Assembly (NCBI GenBank): GCA_016840095.1
Contig: JAEOSZ010000006.1
Coordinates: forward strand, 29,200-93,199
DNA from: Candidatus Heimdallarchaeota archaeon
GTDB lineage: Archaea; Asgardarchaeota; Heimdallarchaeia; Heimdallarchaeales; Heimdallarchaeaceae
Direction of reading: 5' to 3'
Length of the DNA: 64,000 nt
The notes beneath the pieces are model-generated. The model searched no databases and was not told the DNA's origin. It was given only the letters and a program-made list of their open reading frames with translations. Both the position numbers and the translations under genes were made by a program. Shown piece by piece: positions 48,624 through 57,970 of this stretch (its first letter is position 1; the number at the start of each line of letters is the position of its first letter).

Positions 48624-49499
48624 TTATTTTCTCCTTCTTCTAAGAATTAAACCGCTAGATATAATTGAAAGCACCGCAATTGGAACCAACCACGGAAAGT
48701 CTGTTTCTGTAGGGGTTGGTGTTGTAGGTGGTGGAGGTGGAGGTGGTACATAAAGACCATATCTGACATCAACATCAAAAGCATCTACATAACCATATTG
48801 TTCTCCTGTTGAACGAATTGTAATTTTAAAGTAATCAAACAATCCAGAAGTTGCATTGTAGGCTACGGTAGCATTAAGCTTGAAGTCAGTTATATTTGTT
48901 GGAATGGTAATAGGTAGTTCTCCAGTATCGAAACTTGCCATCAAAGTGGTAAGAGTTGTTTCATTCAACTCAGGAGCAAAAAGATCTAATTTACCATACA
49001 GATAGTCTGCATTATAGACTGAATATAGATCCATATAAGTGATATTACCAATATCTGTCAAATTAAGCATTGATTCCCCAAGCATCAGATTTAGATCAGT
49101 CTGATTAATAAATTGACCAAAAGCACCCAAATAATCTGGTATTTCAGTATAAGTTAATGGTAAAGCTATTGGTAATCCTTGTGGCATAGGGAAATATACA
49201 CCTTCCGAAACCTCAACTGGCAAAAATAAAGTAGTATTTGGAGTTACTATATTTTGAAAGTCAGTTACGGTGTAATTATATCCTGTAGCATTAGTATCTG
49301 TAAATACAATTTTCATAGTTGTATTTGCTTTTAACATCAGGGTATAATCAGTACCATATATACTAAGTTGCTTTAACTCAAATATATAGGTCTTATCAGT
49401 CTCAAACCCCCAGGTTGCATTGGCATTCACAGGTGATATGATTGCCATTGAGAAGATAAGTAAAAGAACCCCGCTTGAGAATATTAAACTTTTTTTCAT
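48624..49499 (-). CDS. Surface glycoprotein with Pro/Thr linker and CTERM-type sorting signal
   Basis: Signal peptide, 12 N-x-T sequons, PPPPPPPTTPTPTET-DFPW, TM, RRRRK. Confidence 0.85.
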   Translation of the reverse strand: MKKSLIFSSGVLLLIFSMAIISPVNANATWGFETDKTYIFELKQLSIYGTDYTLMLKANTTMKIVFTDTNATGYNYTVTDFQNIVTPNTTLFLPVEVSEGVYFPMPQGLPIALPLTYTEIPDYLGAFGQFINQTDLNLMLGESMLNLTDIGNITYMDLYSVYNADYLYGKLDLFAPELNETTLTTLMASFDTGELPITIPTNITDFKLNATVAYNATSGLFDYFKITIRSTGEQYGYVDAFDVDVRYGLYVPPPPPPPTTPTPTETDFPWLVPIAVLSIISSGLILRRRRK

Positions 49500-49649
49500 T
49501 TTATCACCGGTTAAGTATCAACTTAACTACTTAAATTAGCATATTTTCATTTATATACTATTCCTTAATACTAATTGTCTTATCACTTCGAGAAAACCCG
49601 AACTAGGCTGTTTTGCTTGATTTCAAATTTGCTAACATAAGAGCAGTAT

Positions 49650-51461
49650 TTAATCATCATAAGGTGATTTTTTTATACGAATTTGAGCTAGGGAGATAAT
49701 TTGATTCGCTATTTCTTCATTAATTGAAAGTAGTTTCTTTACATCCCCAACATCTGCATTTGCTATTTTCTCAAGAGTTTTATATTCTCGAAGAAGCTTT
49801 TGAACTTTAACTTTGCCAACACCTCTTATCATTTCGAAAATTGAAGTTTGAGTTTTTTTTGCTCTTAGGTGCTTATGATAGTTAATAGCAAATCTATGTG
49901 ATTCATCTCTAACATTTTGCACTAATTTGAGAACAGATGAGCTTTGGTCGAGTTCAATTGGATCATCAGACCATTCTACAAAAATCTCTTCATTCTTCTT
50001 TGCAATACTGATGATTGGAATAGATAATTCAAGTTTTTGTAAAACTTTGATTGCGACATTAAGTTGTCCTTTCCCACCATCAATAATTAGTAAATCGGGC
50101 TGAGGATCGCTTCCTAATGTTTCAGAAGTATATCTCCTCCCTATCACTTCCTCCATCATAGCATAATCATTTGGGTCGGTATAAGTTTTCCTAATCTTGA
50201 ATCTTCTATATAGTTTCTTCTGTGGGAATCCATTCTCAAAAACCACACAAGAACCAACAGAATCTTCTCCCATAAGCGTTGAGATATCAAAACCATGAAT
50301 TATTTGGGGTATCTTATCTAGTTTAAGAACAGATTTCATATCTTCCAGAACTGTATCAAAAGCCTCTAAATGCTTCAAATCCCTCTTATACTTTTGAAAT
50401 TCATTGTGTGCATTTTTCTCTGCAATATCAATGAGTGATTTCGCGATTTTTGTTTTGAAGGTTCTAATGTTAATCTCTTCAGTTTCTTTGAATCTTTCAA
50501 CAAAATTTGGACCAACTAAAATACTAAATTTCGGTTTCCTTTCACCATAGACCAGTGTTACAATCTCACCAGTTGTTTGAAGTTGAATTTCTTCTTCTTT
50601 TGAAAATATCAAATTTGAGATGTTATTAACACGGTGATTTCTTATTTCTAATTTGCTTAATGCTAAATCACCTTCGAATTCATAATGTCCTAAAACATCT
50701 ATATTTCTTTGATTGGAATGTACATCATCCTTAATGTTCAAGATTGACCTAACTGCTTGAACTAAGTCTCTGAGAGTAGCAGCTTTTTCAAAATTCGATT
50801 CTTGAGATGCTGTCCACATCTCTTCCTCAATGTTATCCAATAAATCAGCCACATCTCCCTTTAGAAAAGAAATAACATTCTTCACTGTTTTTCCATATTC
50901 TTCTTTTGATATTTCATTTTTGTAAGGTGACAAACATCTACCTAACCTGTCTCGCATACACCGAGTGGTCGACCCTTTTTTTGTTAACTGTTTCATCTTT
51001 CTACCACAGTTGCATATTGGAAAGAGTCTTTCTACTAATTTTGCTGTTTGTTTTAGCATAGTATTGTTAGGGAAAGGCCCGAAGTAAACACTCTTTGGTA
51101 CTCTTTCATCAGTTTCACGTGCAAATGAGATTTGGGGATACTCTTCTTCCATAGTAATCCTGATGAGTAAATTGGACTTGTCATCCCTTGATCTACTATT
51201 TAACATCGGAGATAATTGCTTTATTAACTTCATTTCAAGAAGCAGTGCTTCAGGATCACTTCGAGTAATGACCCAATCTACACGGTTTGCTAATTCTTGA
51301 AGTTTATCCTCTTTTCTATCAACTGTTGTTTGAAAATGTTGTTTAACTCTGTTTCGAAGATTCTTAGCTTTTCCTACATAGATTACCTTCTCGTCTTTAT
51401 CTTTGATTAGATAAACCCCAGATTCGGTGGGGATTTCCTCAAGATCAGAAAAAAGACTCAT
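49650..51461 (-). CDS. uvrC: Excinuclease ABC subunit C
   Basis: GVY...IYVGKAKNLRNRV, FEKAA.LRD, GFDIS, IDGGKGQL, RDESHRFAI, HhH. Confidence 0.97.
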   Translation of the reverse strand: MSLFSDLEEIPTESGVYLIKDKDEKVIYVGKAKNLRNRVKQHFQTTVDRKEDKLQELANRVDWVITRSDPEALLLEMKLIKQLSPMLNSRSRDDKSNLLIRITMEEEYPQISFARETDERVPKSVYFGPFPNNTMLKQTAKLVERLFPICNCGRKMKQLTKKGSTTRCMRDRLGRCLSPYKNEISKEEYGKTVKNVISFLKGDVADLLDNIEEEMWTASQESNFEKAATLRDLVQAVRSILNIKDDVHSNQRNIDVLGHYEFEGDLALSKLEIRNHRVNNISNLIFSKEEEIQLQTTGEIVTLVYGERKPKFSILVGPNFVERFKETEEINIRTFKTKIAKSLIDIAEKNAHNEFQKYKRDLKHLEAFDTVLEDMKSVLKLDKIPQIIHGFDISTLMGEDSVGSCVVFENGFPQKKLYRRFKIRKTYTDPNDYAMMEEVIGRRYTSETLGSDPQPDLLIIDGGKGQLNVAIKVLQKLELSIPIISIAKKNEEIFVEWSDDPIELDQSSSVLKLVQNVRDESHRFAINYHKHLRAKKTQTSIFEMIRGVGKVKVQKLLREYKTLEKIANADVGDVKKLLSINEEIANQIISLAQIRIKKSPYDD

Positions 51462-53434
51462 CTAGTTTCCACCAGTTTCTCCAGTTCTTTGATTTTATCG
51501 CGATAAAGTGCAGCTTTTTCAAAATCTAAAGTACCTGCTGCTTCAGCCATTTTTTCTTTCAAGTCATCAATTACGTATAGAATATCTTGACTGGTTAGGT
51601 CATCAGGAACCTCTATCTTCTCATCTTCTTTGGGTTCAACTTGCATTAGTGTCTCAACTATTGACCTTACTTCTTTACGAATTGTTGTAGGCTCGATACC
51701 ATGTTTTTTATTGTATTCTTGCTGAATCCTTCTCCTTCTATTGTTCTCTGCTATTGCTTCTTTCATTGAATCTGTGAGATTATCAGCAAACAAAATTACA
51801 CTCCCATGAACATTTCTACTTGCACGACCCATTAGTTGGATTAAAGAGCCTTTTGATCTAAGAAAGCCTTCTTTGTCAGCATCTAGTATAGCAACTAAAG
51901 CTACTTCAGGAAGATCCAATCCTTCTCTTAAAAGATTGATACCTACAACTACGTCATATTTACCAAGTCTAAGGTCTCTTAATATTTCAATCCTATCTAA
52001 AGTATCCACTTCATGATGCAAATATACTGATTTAATTTTCATCTCCAGTAGATAGTCTGATAACATTTCCGCACTTTGTTTTGTAATGGTTGTAACCAAT
52101 ACTCTCTCTCCCTTACAAACTCTCTGATTTATCTCACTGACCAAATCAGTTATTTGTCCTTCTGTTCCCCTAACTTCTATTTTTGGATCAACAAGACCTG
52201 TTGGTCTAATAATCTGTTCTACCACCTGTTCAGAAACTTCGTATTCATAATTCCTAGGAGTAGCACTTGTAAAAACAACATTATGCATGTACTTCTCTGT
52301 TTCCTCAAATCGGAAAGGCCTGTTATCAAATGCAGAAGGTAACCTGAATCCATGTTCAATTAGATTCTTCTTTCTAGAATAGTCTCCAGCATACATCCCT
52401 CGAAGTTGAGGAATAGTTAGATGTGATTCATCGATAATCATCAAAAAATTTTCTGGAAAGTGATCTAACAAACTAAATGGCTTTTCACCAGGTTTTCTTC
52501 TATCGAAGTGACGGGAATAATTTTCTATCCCTGAGCAACCACCAGTTTCTCTCAAAAGCTCCAAATCATAGAGAGTTTTTTGCCTTAATCTGTGTCTCTC
52601 AACTACTTTGCCATCTTTTTCAAATTCAGCTAAACGCATATCTAACTCCAATTTTATATCTTCAAGAGCTGATTCAAAGAAAGCATCGTTTGCAAGATAT
52701 TGAGTTCCAGGATATATTGAAAGGTATTCATATTCTTTCATCATTTCTCCTGTTACAGAATGTCGAGAGGTTAAACGTTCTATCTCATCACCAAAGAATT
52801 CAATTCTATAAACATAATCACCATACAATGGAAAAATATCAATAGAATCACCTCTTACCCTGAAAGTTTTTCTTTCCAATGAAACATCATTTCTTTCGTA
52901 TTGGTTCTTAACTAACTCTAACATCAAATCCTGTCTATCTAAGGTGTCACCCACCTTCAGTGCTATTCTTCTAGAGCGATAAACATCGGGAGGACCTGTT
53001 CCATAGATACACGAAACAGTCGCACAGACAATAACATCTTCACGAGTAGCCAATGCTTCAAGTGCTGTATGACGTAGTCGTTCAATTTCCTTGTTGATAT
53101 CAACATCTTTCTCAATATAGAGATCCTTTGAAGGTAAATATGCTTCAGGTTGATAGTAGTCGTAGAACGAAACATAGTAACAAACAGCAGCTGAAGGAAA
53201 CAATGTTTTGAACTCACCAAATAGCTGTGCTACAAGTGTTTTATTAGGACCAATTACTAAAGATGGTTTCTTAATCTTGTCAATAACTGATGCCATTGTA
53301 AATGTTTTACCTGACCCAGTAACTCCCAGAAGTGTTTGATGTTGATAGTTCTTATTTATTCCTTCCACTAATTGAGATATTGCTTTTGGTTGGTCTCCTT
53401 TTGGAGTGAAAAGTGTTTCTATATCCAGTGGCAT
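51458..53434 (-). CDS. uvrB: Excinuclease ABC subunit B
   Basis: GVTGSGKTFT, YYDYYQPEAY-like, DESH, EQIIRPTGL, GINLLREGLD, FEKAA. Confidence 0.98.
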   Translation of the reverse strand: MPLDIETLFTPKGDQPKAISQLVEGINKNYQHQTLLGVTGSGKTFTMASVIDKIKKPSLVIGPNKTLVAQLFGEFKTLFPSAAVCYYVSFYDYYQPEAYLPSKDLYIEKDVDINKEIERLRHTALEALATREDVIVCATVSCIYGTGPPDVYRSRRIALKVGDTLDRQDLMLELVKNQYERNDVSLERKTFRVRGDSIDIFPLYGDYVYRIEFFGDEIERLTSRHSVTGEMMKEYEYLSIYPGTQYLANDAFFESALEDIKLELDMRLAEFEKDGKVVERHRLRQKTLYDLELLRETGGCSGIENYSRHFDRRKPGEKPFSLLDHFPENFLMIIDESHLTIPQLRGMYAGDYSRKKNLIEHGFRLPSAFDNRPFRFEETEKYMHNVVFTSATPRNYEYEVSEQVVEQIIRPTGLVDPKIEVRGTEGQITDLVSEINQRVCKGERVLVTTITKQSAEMLSDYLLEMKIKSVYLHHEVDTLDRIEILRDLRLGKYDVVVGINLLREGLDLPEVALVAILDADKEGFLRSKGSLIQLMGRASRNVHGSVILFADNLTDSMKEAIAENNRRRRIQQEYNKKHGIEPTTIRKEVRSIVETLMQVEPKEDEKIEVPDDLTSQDILYVIDDLKEKMAEAAGTLDFEKAALYRDKIKELEKLVETR

Positions 53435-53638
53435 GCTTATTTCTCCTATCTTTTAGATGTTAAAAAGTATGTTTATCAGTAAGAAAGATTTCATTTTAAA
53501 AACAAGGAATTTGTATTACTTACTCACTTATTCAGTTTTTATTATAAAATAGGATGTAAGTTTATCCTGAGCACGCAGTACAAATGTATTAGCGATGTAT
53601 TACAATAACTAAAGAAACAATTTCTTGATTCTAAATCT

Positions 53639-53848
53639 ATGGAATTCATTAACTATTTTGATATTCCACGTGAAGAACTCGATGAAATGGGTATGATGAA
53701 TTACCTTGAGAGACTTTACAGAAGAATTGGAGCCCCAAAAGGCAAGATTAGAGCATGGTATTCTCTACCTCACGAAGATAAGTGGATCAAAAGAATCTGT
53801 GTTTTTTACACTACTGATGAAATACAAGAAAAACAAGCTGTGAGATAG
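53639..53848 (+). CDS. Small hypothetical protein
   Basis: 69-aa ATG ORF in an otherwise empty region, protein-like composition. Confidence 0.6.
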   Translation: MEFINYFDIPREELDEMGMMNYLERLYRRIGAPKGKIRAWYSLPHEDKWIKRICVFYTTDEIQEKQAVR

Positions 53849-53943
53849 TTATTCTTTGTATTTCTTTGGATAAGTTCTTTTGTTTCAATAGATCAAGTAT
53901 TTTTGTCGGTCTTAAATACTGAAAAAATTATTTTAGAACAAGT

Positions 53944-54204
53944 ATGGTATCAACTATAAAAGCAAAACAACTCATTTTAGATGATTTAGATGTAAAACTA
54001 CCTCATCAAAAAAGAGCTCTTCTTTTATTGGAATCAGATATTTTGAGAGAAAGAATGAAAGGGTATGCTTTATTGACAACTTGTTATCATATGTGTTCTT
54101 CAGATATTCGTGAACATATTAGAAGGAAATGGAAAGGGGAAAAAGACCTAAAAGGAATAAAAAAAGCGTTCATCGATTACTGCAAAAAGATTTTTCATGG
54201 ATGA
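53944..54204 (+). CDS. Small hypothetical helical protein
   Basis: 86-aa ATG ORF preceded by CTTAAATA TATA-like element; convergent with the HEAT gene. Confidence 0.6.
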   Translation: MVSTIKAKQLILDDLDVKLPHQKRALLLLESDILRERMKGYALLTTCYHMCSSDIREHIRRKWKGEKDLKGIKKAFIDYCKKIFHG

Positions 54205-54206
54205 AC

Positions 54207-54983
54207 TTATTCTTTGATTTCTTCTTGTAATGGAAAATAAACAGGGAATATTAGGCGTGCGAAACTTTGATACATTTGAACACTATAATCCTTCTGTTCA
54301 ATTAATCCTTCAAGTTTAACTATCTCAGATTCTGTATAACCTTTCATATCCGGGAATTCATCACGGTCGCCATAGTCCATAACCTTGCAGATTATATCGC
54401 CTACTTGTTCCAATTCGAGGTATGATTCAATCAGAATGTGAACATGTGGAGTTAGTTTTTCTGATTGTTCTTCCTCTGCAATTGAATTAGCTATTCTTAC
54501 TACAGAAAGTATTGCTGCTCTTCTAGTAATATAATCTCTTGCATAAACTACATTCTTCAAAGGGTAAAGAACATCAACATCATCCAAATAACCAATTGCC
54601 CTTATTGCTGCATATTGTAGATCATAATCACTTTCTTCAAGTATTTTTACAAGATAAGGTTTAGATGCATAATCTTTCAAATGTCCTAAAACTTCCAATG
54701 TTGAAAGTTTAATTGCTAATGAACTCTTTTCTATAAGATCATGAAGATAATCTAAGATTTTTGTCTTAAGCTCTGGAAACTTTGAAGCAAATTCAACTAG
54801 TGTTGACGCTGCAGCATTTCTTACATTCCAATCAGAATCAACAATAAGTGGGAATATTTTATTGATACTTTTTGCTTTACCATTCTTCTGAATGAATAGA
54901 GCAAAATAAGCTCTATCTAAAGGATCCTCACTTTTTTGTTTTCCACCAATACGTAATTTTCTGAAGAAATTCACCAAACTCAT
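54207..54983 (-). CDS. HEAT-repeat (PBS-lyase-like) protein with amphipathic N-terminal helix
   Basis: DSDWNVRNAAASTL, SLAIKLSTLEVLG, DYDLQYAAIRAIG, DYITRRAAILSV. Confidence 0.88.
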   Translation of the reverse strand: MSLVNFFRKLRIGGKQKSEDPLDRAYFALFIQKNGKAKSINKIFPLIVDSDWNVRNAAASTLVEFASKFPELKTKILDYLHDLIEKSSLAIKLSTLEVLGHLKDYASKPYLVKILEESDYDLQYAAIRAIGYLDDVDVLYPLKNVVYARDYITRRAAILSVVRIANSIAEEEQSEKLTPHVHILIESYLELEQVGDIICKVMDYGDRDEFPDMKGYTESEIVKLEGLIEQKDYSVQMYQSFARLIFPVYFPLQEEIKE

Positions 54984-56554
54984 AATTCAAACAACCCCTC
55001 TTTTATGAGATAGCTTATGGCACCTCTTTGCGGCTGAGTTAGTTTTCTTAAGAAAGTATAATCTATCTTTCTAACTTCAAACCTTTCTTCTTTTTCTTCA
55101 TCTAAATCGAATTTGTAAGCATCTTTCCTCTTTGTAACTTGAACAGCTCTTGTAACGACGGGTAGGTTGTACGGTGATAATGATTTGTACTTTGCTTTAT
55201 GAACTGCAAACAGTGTTGCTACATGGATTCCGCCTATTTTCTTAAAGACTATAATGTCTGCAAAAGCTGGAAGGATTGTTTTGAAGTCATCTCTGTAGAG
55301 TGACATATGATTATGTAGAATAACTAGTTGATCAATTCCTACTCCGTAATCATTAGCCTCGAACACATAGACTTTCTTATCATCCACTTTTACGTAACCT
55401 TTAGAAGAAATTCTAGGTTTATCATCAAGTAATTGACCAAAAGTGGAATATTTCCTTCTGAAAACTTTACTTACATACTCTTCTATTTGTCTCCAACCAT
55501 ATGCATAGACAGACCAAATATCTGTCCATCTGCTTCTAGAAGAGTGCCAGTGTTCAACTACAAACTCTGAATGAGCATTTTTATTGACTGCTTGTAAATC
55601 TTTGATTTCATCCCAAGTAAATTCTTCAAGAAACTCCAAGTCAGACTTAAATGAGATAAGTTTTTGAAAAACAGTTTCCTCATCCTCATATTTAGTTACA
55701 AGCTTGTTCATAGCAGCAAGACTAAATTCTCCAATTGGAGGTGCAAGAAAAGCTTTCAATTCATTAGGATAAATAATAGATCTATCTTCATGTCTGGTTG
55801 GGAGTTTGTACTCTTCTTTCTCTAGCAAATAATCAATAGCTTTCTTCTGGATATAATGAGCAAAACCTTCATCTATAAGTTCGTGAAGATTTTTCTTTCT
55901 TGCTACTTTGGCCCTTTCATTTATCAGATTAATTGCTTCAATTGAGAAATTATTGAAAAGAGTGTATTTTCGAGCATCTTCTGGTGGAGTGTAAAAATCT
56001 TCAACTCCTGCTTCAGTGAATAATCTAATTACACCGATTAAATCTTGGAAATACTGCCAAGCCCAAACGTGTCTGTTCTGTGAAACTTGGTTTAATTGAA
56101 ACACATTATTTGTCATTAATTCTTTGAGAACCAGATCTAATTGGTATAATTGTGCCAATATTCTCGGTGAGTTCGATTCGGTTTTCTCGTTCATGTATGC
56201 ATGAGCAAAGGCATGAATGAGCATTACTCGCAATGTTAATTCTTGTTCCTTAGTAATTTCTCTTGGAGGGACGGAAAGATAAACCAGGGTTGGTAGGGAA
56301 TTATATACTGTCTCTTTCCCTGTAGGAAGGAAATCGCTAATTCTAGCAGATCGAAGGTTAGTAATTTGTTCAGAAGTTAGTATAGCTTGAGGTGTTCCAG
56401 TATCTTCTATTACTCTATTAATTGAGATATGCATTTCTGGATTAACAAAAATCAGAATCCTGTAATTTTCTGGAGTTTCTCCGACTAGAGTTTTAAAGTC
56501 CTCTCTAGCTTTGTTATAAACCTCTATTACATCACTTAGTTCTTCTTTAAGCAT
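54980..56554 (-). CDS. SpoVR/YcgB-like zincin-fold protein (divergent)
   Basis: ETVYNSLP...LRVMLIHAFAH and LIDEGFAHY, matching recalled SpoVR motifs ELVINSDP...AHVLAH and MNEGWASY. Confidence 0.62.
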   Translation of the reverse strand: MLKEELSDVIEVYNKAREDFKTLVGETPENYRILIFVNPEMHISINRVIEDTGTPQAILTSEQITNLRSARISDFLPTGKETVYNSLPTLVYLSVPPREITKEQELTLRVMLIHAFAHAYMNEKTESNSPRILAQLYQLDLVLKELMTNNVFQLNQVSQNRHVWAWQYFQDLIGVIRLFTEAGVEDFYTPPEDARKYTLFNNFSIEAINLINERAKVARKKNLHELIDEGFAHYIQKKAIDYLLEKEEYKLPTRHEDRSIIYPNELKAFLAPPIGEFSLAAMNKLVTKYEDEETVFQKLISFKSDLEFLEEFTWDEIKDLQAVNKNAHSEFVVEHWHSSRSRWTDIWSVYAYGWRQIEEYVSKVFRRKYSTFGQLLDDKPRISSKGYVKVDDKKVYVFEANDYGVGIDQLVILHNHMSLYRDDFKTILPAFADIIVFKKIGGIHVATLFAVHKAKYKSLSPYNLPVVTRAVQVTKRKDAYKFDLDEEKEERFEVRKIDYTFLRKLTQPQRGAISYLIKEGLFEL

Positions 56555-57932
56555 GAATTATACTCTCCCTTAATATTTGCTCACCCAAATTCTTGATTTG
56601 TGCGGGATCTATTAGAATTGGTTTTGTAATACCTTTCAACATTTGTTTTGTATGTATGTAGATTTCTTTATTTCGTAATGCCTCAGTACCCATCAAGAAG
56701 TATGAGATATTCCAATTTCTGGAACGATCACCTTTCAATGAACTAAAAATTGCGTTCAACTGCTGTAAACATTCCCTAGTATCGGCGTTTGTTTTTGTTT
56801 CAACTTCATCAAAGTATCGTTTAAGTTCCCTGCTTTTCTTATATTCGAAAGGATAGACAGGAACATTGGGCATTCCATCTGTTACAATGGTAAATTGTAC
56901 ATCTATGTCTTTGTCTGTGTGTTGCTTTTTAGCATGTTCTATAGCTGTGATTATACTCTGAACCATGTGTGTTTTTCCTCTTGCTTCAGCAGTAAGAAGA
57001 AGTTGTTCCATTTTTTTATCATCATCAACCACAAAAGGATTCTTAATAATCGGAACAACTGCAAGTTTAAACATATCAAAACGTTTTCTCTTTCTTCTAT
57101 TAATCATTTTAAAATAGTAATAGAGACTAAGACTTGTTAACAGAGCGCCATCCAATCTAGACATTTTTCCTTCAAAAACAGTTTTTTTCATGGATTGACT
57201 CATATCAACTATGAGATAAACCAAAGATCTACGATCCTTTTTTATTCTTACAATGTCTTCTTGTTTAACTTTCGAAGGAGGGACAGTCTGGGAACTTAGA
57301 ATTGCACTCTTATAGGTTTCTTTTAGGCGAATTGAACCTCGAGGTCTTTTTTGAACTTCATCAATGGGTGCAACAGAAATCTGTTTCATCAGATATCTGC
57401 CTAAAATCTTCCCTAGAAGATCCATTACACTTTCTCTAGATATTCTTTTCTTCCTACCAAATGCATCAGTTATTTCAATGTCAACAATTTCAGTTAATTG
57501 ATTTAGTTTCTCTGCTAATTGTTGGAGGTCTACAGTTGCTTCATGCTTAAGCTCTTTTAGAAGTTCCTGGATATACTTGAGAATTTCCTCAACAGTCTGT
57601 AATTCATTTCTGTTGACTCTCTCTAGTACATCAGGCAGAACTCTTTCTCCAATAAATCGGAGAAGCTTCATTTCATTTATTAGTCGATCCTCTTCTTCGG
57701 CTGTAAGAAAAGTATTCATAATTTTTTGAACGATATTGTCAATTGCAACAGCATTTTTAGCAGCGATAGATAAGACAGCACCTTCTCGAGAACTTCTACC
57801 AAGATGTGGATTCCTCCATAAACGTAGTACTTGTGCAGCATCTTCAAATTCTAAAACAAACTCTTGATTAGAATAATGCTGCAGAGGATCTGCAAATTCT
57901 GTTTCTGTTACGAAATATATTCGGTGGGGCAT
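56547..57932 (-). CDS. vWA-domain protein (YeaH/CoxE-like AAA+ partner)
   Basis: IRLKETYKSAI pre-vWA motif; MIDAS DMSQS...T...TDG intact; N-terminal helical/coiled-coil region. Confidence 0.85.
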   Translation of the reverse strand: MPHRIYFVTETEFADPLQHYSNQEFVLEFEDAAQVLRLWRNPHLGRSSREGAVLSIAAKNAVAIDNIVQKIMNTFLTAEEEDRLINEMKLLRFIGERVLPDVLERVNRNELQTVEEILKYIQELLKELKHEATVDLQQLAEKLNQLTEIVDIEITDAFGRKKRISRESVMDLLGKILGRYLMKQISVAPIDEVQKRPRGSIRLKETYKSAILSSQTVPPSKVKQEDIVRIKKDRRSLVYLIVDMSQSMKKTVFEGKMSRLDGALLTSLSLYYYFKMINRRKRKRFDMFKLAVVPIIKNPFVVDDDKKMEQLLLTAEARGKTHMVQSIITAIEHAKKQHTDKDIDVQFTIVTDGMPNVPVYPFEYKKSRELKRYFDEVETKTNADTRECLQQLNAIFSSLKGDRSRNWNISYFLMGTEALRNKEIYIHTKQMLKGITKPILIDPAQIKNLGEQILRESIIHA

Positions 57933-57970
57933 TTTATCATCTCTAAAAGTTACTTGATAGAGTTTGAAGA

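Noticed and set aside
53848-53944. Stop-codon readthrough (Pyl/Sec) joining the two small ORFs
   Set aside because: The ORFs are in different frames and the second has its own TATA-like element
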